Positions 12,749-25,310 of a stretch of DNA of 64,000 nucleotides are shown piece after piece. This DNA comes from Oikopleura dioica (taxonomy: Eukaryota; Animalia; Chordata), in contig OU015568.1 of the NCBI GenBank assembly GCA_907165135.1, positions 7,254,001-7,318,000 of the forward strand. Reading direction: 5' to 3'. The notes under the pieces were generated by a model. That model searched no databases. It was given only the letters and a program-made list of their open reading frames with translations, and was not told the DNA's origin. Positions within the stretch are counted from its first letter, which is position 1. Every line of letters starts with the position of its first letter. Made by a program: the position numbers and the translations under genes.

Positions 12749-13953
12749 TTTGTATTTCTTTTTGATTTTTTAATTTACGCATTTCGCAGTTCTGAAATGC
12801 CCAAAATCCAATCCCCATTATTATTATTAGCTCCATTTTACTTGCTACTGATTTCATGAAAAAAAACTATAGCTCGCCTTTATTTAAAAAACCAAACCAC
12901 GCTTCTCCCAATTAATAATAAAACTAATCAAACTACTATTTTCTTAGCTGAACAAAAAAACTCTTTCTTACAAAAAACCCAATAATATTAATCTGCCCAC
13001 GAAAAATTGATCTATCAAGTTTAAAATATTCAACATCAGTTTCATAGGTGCATGTATGTTTTTTTTAATAATTTGATCGGTCTTGAAATAAAATTTCTTT
13101 GAAAAATCTTTGTTGTTTGAACTTCCACTTTCTTAGTAAAGGCATTATCTGAAAAGCGCGATATTTCGCTAGTATATTTGATCCGCTCGGGTTTTTGTGC
13201 GTCGCTCAATTTTGAAAAGAGCTTCTTTTTTCTTTGAGAAGAACAATCGATTCTTCTGGGAAGGCACCAAGTGCAGAATCAGAACAGGGCACTTGCCAGG
13301 CCCCGTGACTATTTTTTGCATATTCAATGCGCAGCTCTAGAGTCTTTTTCTTGAGTCGCGGAGAGATAAATAAATGAGGATTGACAGAGGTTTCCAAGAC
13401 GCGGGTAGAAAATTAACGCTCTATTAGGGCACTGACTCAGGTTTCTACACAATTCGTACGGTTTAGCATCAAGTTGACTGTATTTAGGGCTAGAATTAGA
13501 CGAAAAAGAATTCTACTGAAGATAAATACTAGTTTGAAACTTGTTAAAATAAAAATTTCTTGAATATTTTCCATGCGAAGTGATCATATATTCTTTTTTC
13601 AGCGCTAGAAATCCGAAAATTCAAGAAAAACTTTTTGAAAGAAGGTCAATAGGAAAGTAGGTCAACTTGATTTGGTGGGAATTTCCATCGATATTCATTT
13701 CGAGACCGATAGAGTTGATCATGTTTTGCGATGTCTTCTGCTTTCACCTCGATTTTCGCCAAGAGAAAAACAACTTTTATGATAACTTCGATATTTTTCG
13801 GCTTACGTAGTGTGCGAAACTTGAAACCTCTCATGTGTCGGGTTATCAACGACATCAGTGGAAGAGTTTGATAGCGTGGCTATATAATTGCTCCGCGGGT
13901 TGAGGAAGGCATCATTTTTTAAAAAGAAAAATTGTTCAGAAATTCACTGCTCG

Positions 13954-16900
13954 ATGATCGGTTTCGACACGATTTTGGAGAAAATTGGTGGGTCTGGCAA
14001 GTACCAGTACCGACAGGTGAGATTTTTTAACAGTATGAATGCTGCTCGAGCCCTGTAGCACAAAAACTAACACATAAAACCCAGAAGGAAAAACAGAAAT
14101 GGACAGGTAGTAAATTTATTATTTGCGCAACGATTGATTTTGCGATGTGAATGCTGTTAATTTAACCAAACCTCGCTGATTTAAAATGAGAAACCCAACA
14201 TTTGATCTTCTTGATTGAAAATGAAAAGAAGAGTTGTATTCGGGCCGCTAAGATTGATTTCAGTGCATGCCACTGGTGTTGGTACTGCCGCTCATGTCCT
14301 GGCATTTGCTTGGAAACGCTTTTCTTTTTGCCATTCCGGAAAAACGCTGCCAAATGGATAAAATTGTGCCTGATGCTTGCTCGAATCAACTCTCCCTCCC
14401 CAATGGTGCACCTCCAGTTTATTTCTTCTTTTTGAATTCGATTTAGGGATGGGAAATTACTCGCTTGGGGAAAATGATGATCTCCTGCGGCATCTATTCA
14501 TTGTGAAATCTGACGATGCAAAGAATGGAAATTGCAAATACAGAAAGTTTCCGGATTTTAATGAAGATAATTTTCAGAGCATATGCAATGATTTACAGAG
14601 GTAAATATTATATATTATAGATTTTTTCCTTAGATACCTGAATTACCCATCACTTGGTTATAGTTCTGATTTCATTTTATAACTCTTGGATACAAAGGCA
14701 GTCCGGAAACATTCTTTTATTTAATTATTCACCAAAAGAGGGCGCTAGAAATCGAATGTCACAGCGGGATTCTCCAAAGATCTTGATAATCTTCTCATTT
14801 CTTCGTGTGAGATCCCATATCTGATCACTTGATTCTAGTTTTCCCGAAAAAACTTTGTACAAAACGGCTGAAAACGGAACGAACTTCCGCGACCCCGTCG
14901 TTTTAGCGAGCTTCGAAAAACTCGCCAACGACCATGGTTTTACTGAATCTTGGTACGAGGACGAAACGAATTATATCAAGTGCGATGCTTGGTATTACGA
15001 CGATACTTTTGGCGTGACTGGTTTGACTGAGAATAACTGGGCTTGTCCTGGCTCTGCTCAACAAAATCTACAGGTGAATTTTCTTTTGGAAGGAGATGGG
15101 AATGATGGGTGTTTTAGATTGCTGTGATGATCGGTGTCTTCTGGGGTTCTCCTCTCTTTGGCTACACTTCTGATAAATATGGTCGAAAACCCACGATTGT
15201 TGCGTGTCTTTCTCTCTGTCTGATTTCCATGTCGATGATTCGCTTCGCTAGGCCCGGCTTTACGTTAATAATCCATCACTTTTTTAATTACTCGTTTCAA
15301 TAAGCGAGCATTTTTCAATCAAAGATCGTTAAATTCCAGTTTTTACTCACTTCTTTTTAATTTTATGAAAAGCCGACTAAAAGACACAGTTGGTGGGCTT
15401 TGCTTGCTCTGCGAATGTTTGACGGCGCTGGCGCTATTGGAGCGATTGCTGCTGCTTTTGTCCTAATTTCTGAAGTTTTTGAAAGTGTGGGTTATCACAA
15501 AATCATGGTGCTTCAAGTGGCCCAGGCTTGCTTTGGCATTTCCCAAGTTGGCCTTGCTTATCTAGGTATTGTCCCTTCTCCAGCTGCATTTTATTGTCTA
15601 TTCTAGCGAAGGGATTGGCTGACTGGAGCCCCTTGTCGACCTACATCGCCGCCCCATGCCTCCTCGTCATTTTCATCCAAGTCTTCAACGATGAATCTGC
15701 TCGATGGCTACTCGGAAAAGGCTTCACCCATGAAGCAAACGAGCTTTGCAAGAAAATTGCGAGAGTGAACGGCAAAGACGTTGAAAAAAATTATTTTGGT
15801 TCGCAAGAAAAGTTAAACGAAGAGGAAGAGGATGGAGAAGTGCAACAAGAAAGCTTCCTGCTTGCAATGAAGAAGCCGAGACTTAGAAAGACGATTTTGA
15901 ATCTGTGTTATCAGGTTGGATATTTTATTGCAATATAAACTTATTCGATGGTATACAAATGTATAGTACCAGAAGGGTCTTCTGTAGTAAAAAGTGCCAC
16001 CAAAAAATATTCGAAATTAGGAATTCATTTTATTCTCTAGCGGCTAGAGTCTAGCCTATGCAAACTAACTATAAACATCATTCCGGGTTTTGTTTCATTT
16101 TCTGTTCGTATTATGCCATCCCCTACTTTCGATCTTATTTATACGATTCACGATCTCTCTGGCGCTATTTACAATCAGAGTAATTCAATCAGACTCTTTA
16201 GTTCTTACTATTTACTTGCCCCAGAATAGTATGTTACAGCGTCTAATAAAAACTTTAGTGGTTTATGCTCTCGGGTCTTTACTACACGCTGGCGATCAAA
16301 GCAACTGAGTTTGCCAAAGGCAAGCCGCATCTAAGTTTCTCCATCTCTGGTCTTCTCGAAGCTCCTGCTTGTTTTGGAACTCTTATTATGTATCAATTCA
16401 TTGGTTTGTATCTCTTTTTGCTTTCAAAGTCTAAAAAATATCTAGGTCGTCGACCATCGACGTTTTACATGGAAGTTATCGGTGGTCTTTCTCTCCTTTT
16501 CCTGATTTTTGCGGAACCTGGTTCTTCTATCGCCAATACTCTTCCACAAATTGGAAAGTTCGCGCTTTCAGCAGCTTATGGAGGAATCTACATCTATTCC
16601 GCGGAGATCTTTCCAACTTCGATTAAGAATTTCGGCATTGGAATGTGCTCGGCCACAGCGAGAGTCGCTGGAGTCGGTATGTAAACTTTTTAAGAATCAG
16701 ACAATATATCGTCTTTCGTAAAATCTAATATTATTTTCTAGCCGCTCAAGGAATCGAGATGATTCCAGCTCTTTGTGGGGTTCAGAAAGAAGACGATTGG
16801 ATCAGTTGTGATAAGATCCCATACTTTACTTATTGCATCCTAACGATAATTGGATGTTTTCTGATGTTTGGTTTGCCAGAAACCAACGGTCACACATCGC

Positions 16901-17137
16901 CAGATTCAATAAATGAAGGAGAAGCATTCGGACAGGTTTTCCCGCATTTTTCTTTTCCAGAATTCATTTTCTTTTTAGAATCAAATGAGCCTGACAGTCC
17001 AAATTTTGAGCTGCAACAAATCTGCTGTCACGAATCTGGGAAAAAACAAGTCAAACAATAATCTCGAAGTTCCGGATCAGGAACTCCACCCGCTCACTCA
17101 TTCGGCTGATGACTCGGGCCCAGAAACTGACCTTTAA
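13954..17137 (+). CDS. SLC22-family organic cation/anion transporter (MFS)
   Basis: MIGFDTILEKIGGSGKYQ N-terminus; Cys-containing first loop ending ENNWAC; GYTSDKYGRK MFS motif; YSAEIFPTSIKNFGIGMC; LPETNG; stop at 17135-37. Confidence 0.9.
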
Positions 17138-17343
17138 CTCTCGTTATCCATTTATTTATTAAAAGATAGAATGCCGAAATAGAATCTTCTCAATTTCTCT
17201 CACTTATAATTATAACTAATCGAGCAGTATTTACCTCTTTCACGGAAATCAGCCAGAAAAAGCGCAATTTCCTTTTTTTTCTCTTCTTCTTTCTAAGTTC
17301 AACTTACACTTTTTTCACACACTTATTACTGTAGTTCTAAGTT

Positions 17344-17564
17344 GGGAGACGCTCGGTTCGTGTACCAATTTCCTCAAAAGTCCAAATTTGATGTAGCAAA
17401 AGAGACCCTATGCGCTCCGCGCCTGTCTTGTAGGAACCTTTGGGAGTAGTTTAGTAGTTTTTTGAAGGAAAAAATATGATCTGGTAAAAAAAAATATGGT
17501 ATTCGAATACCAATTTTTGGTATTCGAATACCAAAAAATTTTGGTACACGAATCGAGCGTCCCC
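17344..17564. mobile_element. ~220-bp MITE with ~28-bp TIRs
   Basis: GGGAGACGCTCGGTTCGTGTACCAATT at the left versus AATTTTGGTACACGAATCGAGCGTCCCC at the right; internal tandem palindromes GGTATTCGAATACC. Confidence 0.7.
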
Positions 17565-18453
17565 GTCTAAGTTCACTACACTCTCTTCTGTTCTTTATGA
17601 AAAAAATCTACGACCAGTTTCGCTCACCTGTTATTTCCTTTAAAAATTGATCACATTTCTCTGTTCGCAAGTTGCAAAATGTTGAAAGTTGCGTTATAGC
17701 CAGAAAAAAATCCTAGCGTCTCAAGACTTTTTACGGTGTTAAACTTTGTATCATTGCTTTTTCGCTTTATTTATTGAAGAAAGGCCTGTTTTCGTGTTTG
17801 ACAGAAAAATTAAACGATAGGAAATTGACTTGATTTAGCAAGAAAGCTCTCATTGAATGATTTTATGAAAGAAAACAGAACAATCGACTGATAAAACAGG
17901 TCTTGTCTTCCAAAATGCCGCCATTCGTAATTTATTGCTGTTTGAACTTTTATAAATTTTATCTTATTTAATTTATTTTTTAACATATCGCTCGTTGATT
18001 TACTGTTGATTAGTACCGACTTCCAGAGTGAAGTTCTGGAGCTTACAATGTCCACCTGCCGATATTTTATTACTAGTATTTACTTAATTATCTCATCGCT
18101 TCGATCTTCCATTTTTAGATGGCGGATTCGTTCCTATCATTTCCTAGTCGATGATCGTTTCCTCCAAGAATTTTTGAGGTGAGCTTGCGAATAATATTCC
18201 TTTCGAAATTGCAAACTTGTTCATCAACTTGACATTTTGGTAAGCATTTTTTAAGGCCGGAGAATTTTACGCTAATTTTTTTTAATCAAAGAAACTGAAT
18301 TCATTGATCTTTTTTATTTGAGACAGACTTGGGCTGAAATAGAACGTGGCTTTTTAGAGAAATTTAGGACTAATTATGAAGCCGATTTTTATTTTTATCA
18401 AAGAAGTACCCAATGAGAGAATTCTATGGATTCAACTCTAAAAATGATTTTAG

Positions 18454-19999
18454 ATGGTGGACAAATACCTATTCTACGCCCTCTGCCTCGCAGTCATCGT
18501 GTACATAAAGTCTGTATCTATCTATGATTTCGCCAGCCTCTCCCTCGACAGAAGACAAGCCAGTACCTCTTCTTATTGTAGATTCACAAAGCCACACGAG
18601 AACTTACCCGTTGAACGAGATTTCCACGTAAGCTGTGATGCCATCGCCAAGGTAAAAAATCCTTCATCAAAGGGCTAGAATCATCTTTAGAACGACCAAT
18701 TTATGCACAAAATGCTCGAGCTGAAGCTCCTTCGCGCTAGAAAAGAAAAAAGAGTTCTTTCGAGCAGCTGGCACGACGAAGCCTTCACGCACTTTATCAG
18801 CCACAACAAATGCCCGAAATTCATCAACGAGCGAAACTACGTCATGCACTCTGTTTCGAAGGAAGAAGAAGACTTTCCTCTAGCGTATTCTTTCGTCGTC
18901 CACAAAGATGCAGGGCAAGTAGAAAGGATTCTCCGCGCCGTCTATCGCCCGCAAAATGTCTACTGTCTCCATGTCGATAAAAAGTCACCATCGGCGTTTT
19001 ACAACGCGCTGAAGGATATTGCGAGTTGTCTACCGAATGTATTTCTAGCGAAGAAAAGGGAAGACGTCGTGTATGCCTCCTACTCGAGGCTACAGGCCGA
19101 TCTCAACTGTATGGAAGAGCTCTTAGAGGTACAAACAACCATTTATCGACAGAAATAAACCTTTTCAGCATCGAGTCAAGTGGAAATATCTAGTCAATGT
19201 CTGCGGCCAAGACTTTCCGCTGAAAACAAACCGGCAAATGGTCACCTACCTTCGCTACAACTATCCATACAACGAGATTGAAAGCTTCATTCTACCGCCA
19301 ACGAAGCAAAGCCGCTACTCGATGCATTGGGAGATTCAGGCTAGCGATGGAGAGTACGACAAGATTCCCAAAATGACCAAGACGAAAAAGATAATCCTCC
19401 AGGTACGAATATTCATTTTATCCAAAAAATATTTTTATTGTAGCAAATTTAAAATTCTATGGCGGATCTGCGTATCTTGTCGCTACTCGAGAATTCATCT
19501 ATTGGTCTCTTCACAACGAAACGATCCGAAGCATCTTTGAATGGTCACGTGACACGTATTCTCCCGACGAAATGATTTGGGCTTCAATATCGCGAATGCC
19601 TGGTGCTCCTGGATACCGCCATCCTCATGCGAAATGGGATCTCAATGAATTACAGGTAGAGTTTCGAAAGAAATATTTCCGAATGAGGCTTTAGACTTAT
19701 TCGCGCATGGTGAAATGGCACTCGCTAGAGGAGATCGACCAGGTGCCGGAAGAGGACCGCGTTTATCCCAAATGTCACGGCTACCATAAACGAACTGTGT
19801 GCGTCTATGGCACGGGTGACGTCGGATGGGTAAGTTCACTCGCCAAATTCCTAGAAAACAACTCACTCTCTTTCAGTTGCTCCAACAAAAGCACTTCTTC
19901 GCCAACAAATTCGACCCCAATTACGACGACTTCGCGCTGCAGTGCCTTGAAAAAGTCCTCCGAGATCGCGAAGTTATCGACGCCTGTTCCAATTCTTAG
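18454..19999 (+). CDS. Core-2/I-branching beta-1,6-N-acetylglucosaminyltransferase (GT14, GCNT family)
   Basis: Type II TM N-terminus; [38 protein letters not shown]; [10 protein letters not shown]; [17 protein letters not shown]; YSPDEMIWA; CVYGTGD; FANKFD. Confidence 0.93.
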
Positions 20000-20579
20000 A
20001 ATCTTTTATTCCCCAATTCAACCAATTTTTTCCTTGCCTTTTCTTCAAAAAATTTCTGTCTATGCACTGTCAAACTTCTGATTTAAAAAAAAACGTAAGC
20101 TCTTCTTAGTTCCAATTTTTAATTGTAAATATTTTATTGCTCTTGTAGATTTCCATTTTTTTATTTCTGTATTACTCTTGTTGATTTCGACAATTTGTAT
20201 TCTCATCTATGATTTCTGTATTTATTTTTTTGCTCCAATAAAGTTGCTGATTGAATTCGATCCCGAGTAATATCATGCCATTCTCCTTAAAATGCATCAG
20301 ATGAGATAATTAAAATTATGAAAATAAATATTCTTTTCAACAAAGATCCTTGGGTTCTTTTCCGTCCAGATAGCCCGTAAACTTATCTATCTATTTGCTC
20401 TGTGCTCGTTTTCCGCATGGCGAGATTATAAAAACCATTTTTATAAAATACTGCAAATAGGAGGCGGACTTAGTGCGCCATCGGACCCTGCATCCGAATT
20501 TTTTAATATTTTTTTTGCTTCGGAAAAGATGAAGATTTTCATTTGGAAAACAAGTGAACAATGAAAAAAGGGGCTTTTT

Positions 20580-23500
20580 ATGAAAGAGATATTTGAATAT
20601 AATGCCACAGAAGATGGATCCCTGACCTGCTTTTATCCGGACGATCCTTATCAGGAAATGATTTTTGAATATTTTCTTATTAAAGTTAAAATTTTTAACT
20701 TAAAAAGCTTCTTTCTTTTAAAAATCATTCGACAGGGATCACCGTCTCTGACCAGGGTCTCGAAAAATTGGATGCGCGGCGGTTGTTTTGGCGCCCCCTC
20801 TCGCTTTCAACCCCCGCGCCCTAGATGTTTGCGCGAGAAAACAACGGTGGGCTGGATGTTGCGCCACCCTCCGCGGACAGTTGTGCGCAACGGGAGCCGA
20901 TTGTTAACAACGGGCGCTCGGTTGTCACCAACAAGTACGCGGTCCTCGCGTCATAGAAATAAACAAATTAGTACCCTACGTCGCCATTCCAAGTAAATGA
21001 TTAAATTAATCAAATTTATTTTAAAAAAATCATATGTGATTTATCAAAATAGATGTTTTTATCCAAATAATTTTGAGATATCTTTATAATCTTAGTTTTT
21101 AATCGGTATTTTCATGAAAAATCCAAGAAACACTCAGAAGAAAATATTTCAGATTGCCCCAGCTGCCTAGTTAGGGATTTTATCAGGTGTTTAGATGACT
21201 GAGTGTAAGTGGCAGTGCGCTAGTGCTTTGCGCGCTCCCCGGGGCACCCAAAAGGCCCATAATCTCAGTGGGTGCACACTCTGACCTACTGAAACAAAAA
21301 TCACCGGGTGATCTATACAAAACAGTTCTCGGAAGTGGTAAGCTACCTGTTTGCGAAAAAATCGAATTCATAGGCAAGTATTACGTCCAAAATGTGCTAG
21401 TTACTTGAAAGTGTATTTGGTGATCTGTCAATCTTAAATAGCTAAATGCCCCGAATCTCAAATTAATTTTTACATATTCGGAAATTCCGAATCGGAATCA
21501 GCGGAAAAAGTTGTATCAGGAGTCTAAGTTTCACTGAATTTGAACATTTTTGCATATTTTTACAGCGTAACTTTCCCTTTGGCGCGAGCCTATATTTCAA
21601 ACATCCAGCCCAAATTGTTTTTGAAAGTGAACAACGAGCGCGCCGATGTTGAGAGCGAGAGGGGGCGCCCTAACAACCGCCCCACATCCAATTTTTCGAG
21701 ACCCTGTCTCTGACAATATGTGGTCTGTCTCCGTTCTGCAAGTCGGAGAACGACTGCAGCCAACTGCAGCTCATCATCTCGCTGGTAATTTTCGCCGCCT
21801 TTATGATCCTTCAAATAGCAGGAAATCTCATTTATCTGATAACTTATTTGAAACACAAAAAGCTTCGCAAAAAACGACACTACCTCATTAGGTAAAACCT
21901 CACCTTCTAGCTCGTTTTAATCCGCTTCAAGAACTTCTTATTCTTTCATCGACCTAACATCAGCTCTTGTTGAGCTTCCAATGGCAGTTATTTATCTCCT
22001 AAAAGAACTGGATTACGAAAATTACAATTATTACGCGGACGTTTGCTCAATGTCCGACAGCTGGGTGGCGGTTGTATGTGGAACAGTCACTCTCACGCTT
22101 ATTATTTGCTCAGTATGGCGAAGGGTCGAAATTTTGCATTGAATGCATGTCTGTTTGACGCTGAATCATATGATGCTACTACTACCGTTTCATTTTTGAC
22201 CCTTTTCGAAGCACATCCTTTGGATGCAAGTTGACCGATACATCGCCATTTGTCACCCTTTTATCTATTCACAAAAGAGCATGTACTCCTCTCGGCATAT
22301 TATTTACTGTCTGGTCATAACTTGGTTGGTCTCTGGCGTGTTATCAGTGATACCAGGCGCGAGCTCATAAATTTACGCCCCAAGGTACTCGACTGACAAC
22401 TACTGCGCGCGATAACGACTCGTCGCAGTTACTGTTTACTTCCGTTTACAGAGATATGAGCTCGTTTTACAGTCATGTCGAATTCAGTGCACTTCGTGCT
22501 TTCTCCAACACTTCTTGTGTATATTGCCTATCCAGATGAAGCCGTCAGAGAGGTTCGGACTTGGAAGAAAATGACTGTTCATGGAACCGTTTTTGTCCTC
22601 CCGTTTCTTCTTTCAGTCGCGTTTGCTGGTGCCTAAAGAATCTTTTTTTTTTGCGAAATAAACGAAATATTTAGTTCGAACTGGAAAAGAAGTTCTGAAG
22701 ATTCTCAACAGCGCTAATGGCCCGATGATCTTTGACTTTATGAAAGATAAGGTCAAGAAAGAGAACTCTGACGCAACTGCTGTTTTCAAGATGACTCTAC
22801 TCTGGAATTTCTGCTACTCCATTTGCATCATCCCTTTCATTACAGTAACGGTTCTTATGTACGAGGTCGAGGTTAATTCAATATTTTCGAAAAGGTCACA
22901 TCTGCTTGATAGCGTGATACAACTCATCCGGTCTCGTCGCAAAAAGAAATTTTATGTTCCGTAAAAGCATTTTTATTGTAAAAATTTCGTCAGAATTGCG
23001 ACTCCGCGGCTGTCCGAATGGACGGTCATGATATTTTTCTTCTTATTATGCTAGAATCTAGCAGCTAGATCAAAGTAATCTTGAATTCTGAATTGTATTG
23101 CTGAATTGAAATTGCATGCTGAAATCTGGTTAGTCCTCCTTGATTTCTGCACAATTCTGATTCCTCGTAAAATACCCCCTATTGATTTAATCTAACTCGT
23201 TTCGACAGAGCGCGTTAGGATAAAATAAATTCTCGTTTTATAACCTCGTTGAAGGGCATCCTCAACTGCTCATCGCTACCGCTGCCGTTTTTCCTCTCCT
23301 TCTATCTCACCCACTTGAACGGCATGATCAACCTCTTCATGCACTTTTATCAAGATGAAGTCTTCATCTCTATATTTCGAGAGTCGCTTCCCAGAATGTG
23401 TCGTCCAGTTCAAGGCTCGTTTTTACCAAAACATTATCTTTTTAACACAATTTTAATATGAAATATAATTTAAAAAGCGTCCAAAAGTCAACTCAAGCCA

Positions 23501-24028
23501 TGGTTCTCGCCGCGAGAGCAAAGTTCACTGGCAGTTGGACGACTGCTTGGTCGAGTACTACAAAGCCGATAAGACGGGCAAGAGACCATTCCGCGTTATT
23601 AGTAAGATATGCGAGCGGAATCTCACAGGTTAACTGTTGGTATTTTTAGAGCCCGTGGATGAAAATGGGAGAAAGCTTTCTTTGGCGACGATTGGTAGCT
23701 CCAGACAAGGGTCTATCTCGCACGGGTAAGGATTTCCCCTTTTCGTGATAAAGAATGACTTAGATTTCATATTCCTCGCGTTCCATCCGGTTCCTGTGTC
23801 ACTCAAGTGACCGAAATTCCCGGATCGATCAACATTGGTTCCACTCGTCGAGGTTCTTTTTTGACAATCGGTTCAATCACCCGTCAGAGTTTCTCCGCCG
23901 AATGCGCCGTTCCTAATCTCCAAACCATCGTTCAAGAAGAAGAAGACGCTCTCCTGGAAGTTCGACCATCTTCGAATGACCCACTGAACTCTGAACCCGA
24001 AGAAAATGAAAGTGATTCCGAAAACTGA
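20580..24028 (+). CDS. Class A (rhodopsin-like) GPCR, multi-exon, N-terminal exon interrupted by a hAT element
   Basis: TM1 LIISLVIFAAFMILQIAGNLIYL + KHKKLRKKRHYLI; TM2 SFIDLTSALVELP; TM3 ..MQVDRYIAICHP; TM4 W..SGVLSVIP; TM5 TVFVLPF; TM6 NFCYSICIIPF; TM7 HLNGMINLFMH; acidic C-tail ending at 24028. The first exon (NAT glycosylation sequon) is inferred. Confidence 0.85.
20753..21706. mobile_element. Non-autonomous hAT-like DNA transposon (954 bp) with 8-bp TSD
   Basis: The TIR CAGGGTCTCGAAAAATTGGATG is perfect for 22 nt and recognisable for ~110 nt. Identical 8-bp flanks TCTCTGAC lie at 20745-52 and 21707-14. No transposase ORF is seen. Confidence 0.92.
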
Positions 24029-24201
24029 TTATTTATTCTAAATTATTCTTCAAATGACCTCACTGTGATGTAATTTTTTGTACAAAAGTAAAAGCAAACG
24101 TTCCACTGACCACAGCACTGCCAGAGTATTAAATTTCCAATAAAAAATTGTCCGAAGTTCAACTCGTTTCTCATCGTTCGTCTTTTTAGTTTTTCGAGGA
24201 A

Positions 24202-24402
24202 ATGATCGGTCGTCAGCTTTCCAAGGGGATTCTTGCCAAATCCGCCACGATCACGGCTACGCCCATGCGCTCGCTCACCCCAGGACAGTGGTCCAATATC
24301 TGGCTTGCCAGTAAGGTCAAGTGCATCTTGCTCGGCGGTTATGTTCTACATCTTCTGAACGAGCAAACCTCCAACCAGTTTCCGGAATATATGCGAGCCT
24401 GA
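24202..24402 (+). CDS. 66-aa protein with mitochondrial-presequence-like N-terminus and one hydrophobic segment
   Basis: ATG just after AG acceptors; basic/hydroxylated, acid-free N-terminus; hydrophobic CILLGGYVLHLL; AATAAA downstream at ~24480. Confidence 0.5.
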   Translation: MIGRQLSKGILAKSATITATPMRSLTPGQWSNIWLASKVKCILLGGYVLHLLNEQTSNQFPEYMRA

Positions 24403-24530
24403 AATCTGATATTTCATCTTGTTCCTCTTAACTTATTCACTGATAATTTCATTTTACCCACTGATTTACTCCCTCTTTTAATAAATTGAAATCGTAACCC
24501 GCAGATCGCTAATTGCATTTGATCCTAGAC

Positions 24531-24884
24531 ATGCAGTTAAGTCGGTTACCGATCCGTCGACTGTCAGTCACCATTTTACGTGGAGCTGCAGGTGTCTCCA
24601 GTAATCCCGCGCGGCCAATGAAATCTATCAAATGGTCGAAAGTCGACCCAAAAGTTAATCTCGGCGGAACGTACTACGAACTTTTCGATCTGGACCTGAG
24701 TAATGTTTCCCCTAAATCAACTTCAGGCGAGTAACAAGCGTTCTTAGATTTCACTCCAAAGGAGTTATCGGCTGCGCGACTACGCTTGTTGAAAGAGTAC
24801 CACCCCGATAAAGGAGGCTCAAAAGATCACTACGCCACGATCGAAAAGGCGCACAAGATCTTTTCTAGGAACGGCGCTCCTTGA
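24531..24884 (+). CDS. Small J-domain (DnaJ) protein, probably mitochondrial
   Basis: Presequence-like MQLSRLPIRRLSVTILRG; YYELFDL; after one intron ELSAARLRLLKEYHPDKGGS (HPD motif) ... stop at 24882-84. Confidence 0.8.
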
Positions 24885-25016
24885 AAAGTTCACTTACACT
24901 TTAGTTGAAAAATAATGACTTTTTGAAATGATACATAAAACGTAAACATATCTATTCGAATAATTCTCGTAACAATTTTATTGAGAAACTTTGAGTAGCA
25001 CCGAAAAAGTCAGAAA

Positions 25017-25253
25017 ATGCTGTCCGAATACCAACAAAGGTGTGGAATGTTCCAAGGGACGGAGCTCGGGGAAACAAATGATTCTCCACGAAACAGAAGA
25101 ATCGTAATCTTCTTATTGTTCTTGGCCGTCGTTGTGGCCGGCTGCGCGCAGCAGTTTCTCTACACTCACATGACACAGCCAGCAGATACGAGATTTCCTG
25201 ATAGACATTCTACTCCTCTTTCTGCTCTTCAAAGTTCTGTACCCAAAAACTAA
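25017..25253 (+). CDS. Small single-pass membrane ORF
   Basis: RNRRIVIFLLFLAVVVAGCAQQF hydrophobic segment; lies between two co-oriented genes; AATAAA overlaps the stop. Confidence 0.4.
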   Translation: MLSEYQQRCGMFQGTELGETNDSPRNRRIVIFLLFLAVVVAGCAQQFLYTHMTQPADTRFPDRHSTPLSALQSSVPKN

Positions 25254-25310
25254 ATAAATGCATTTCTATTTCCTTTCTTTGAGCTTTATTTTGTTAAGAA
25301 ATCGGCGAAA

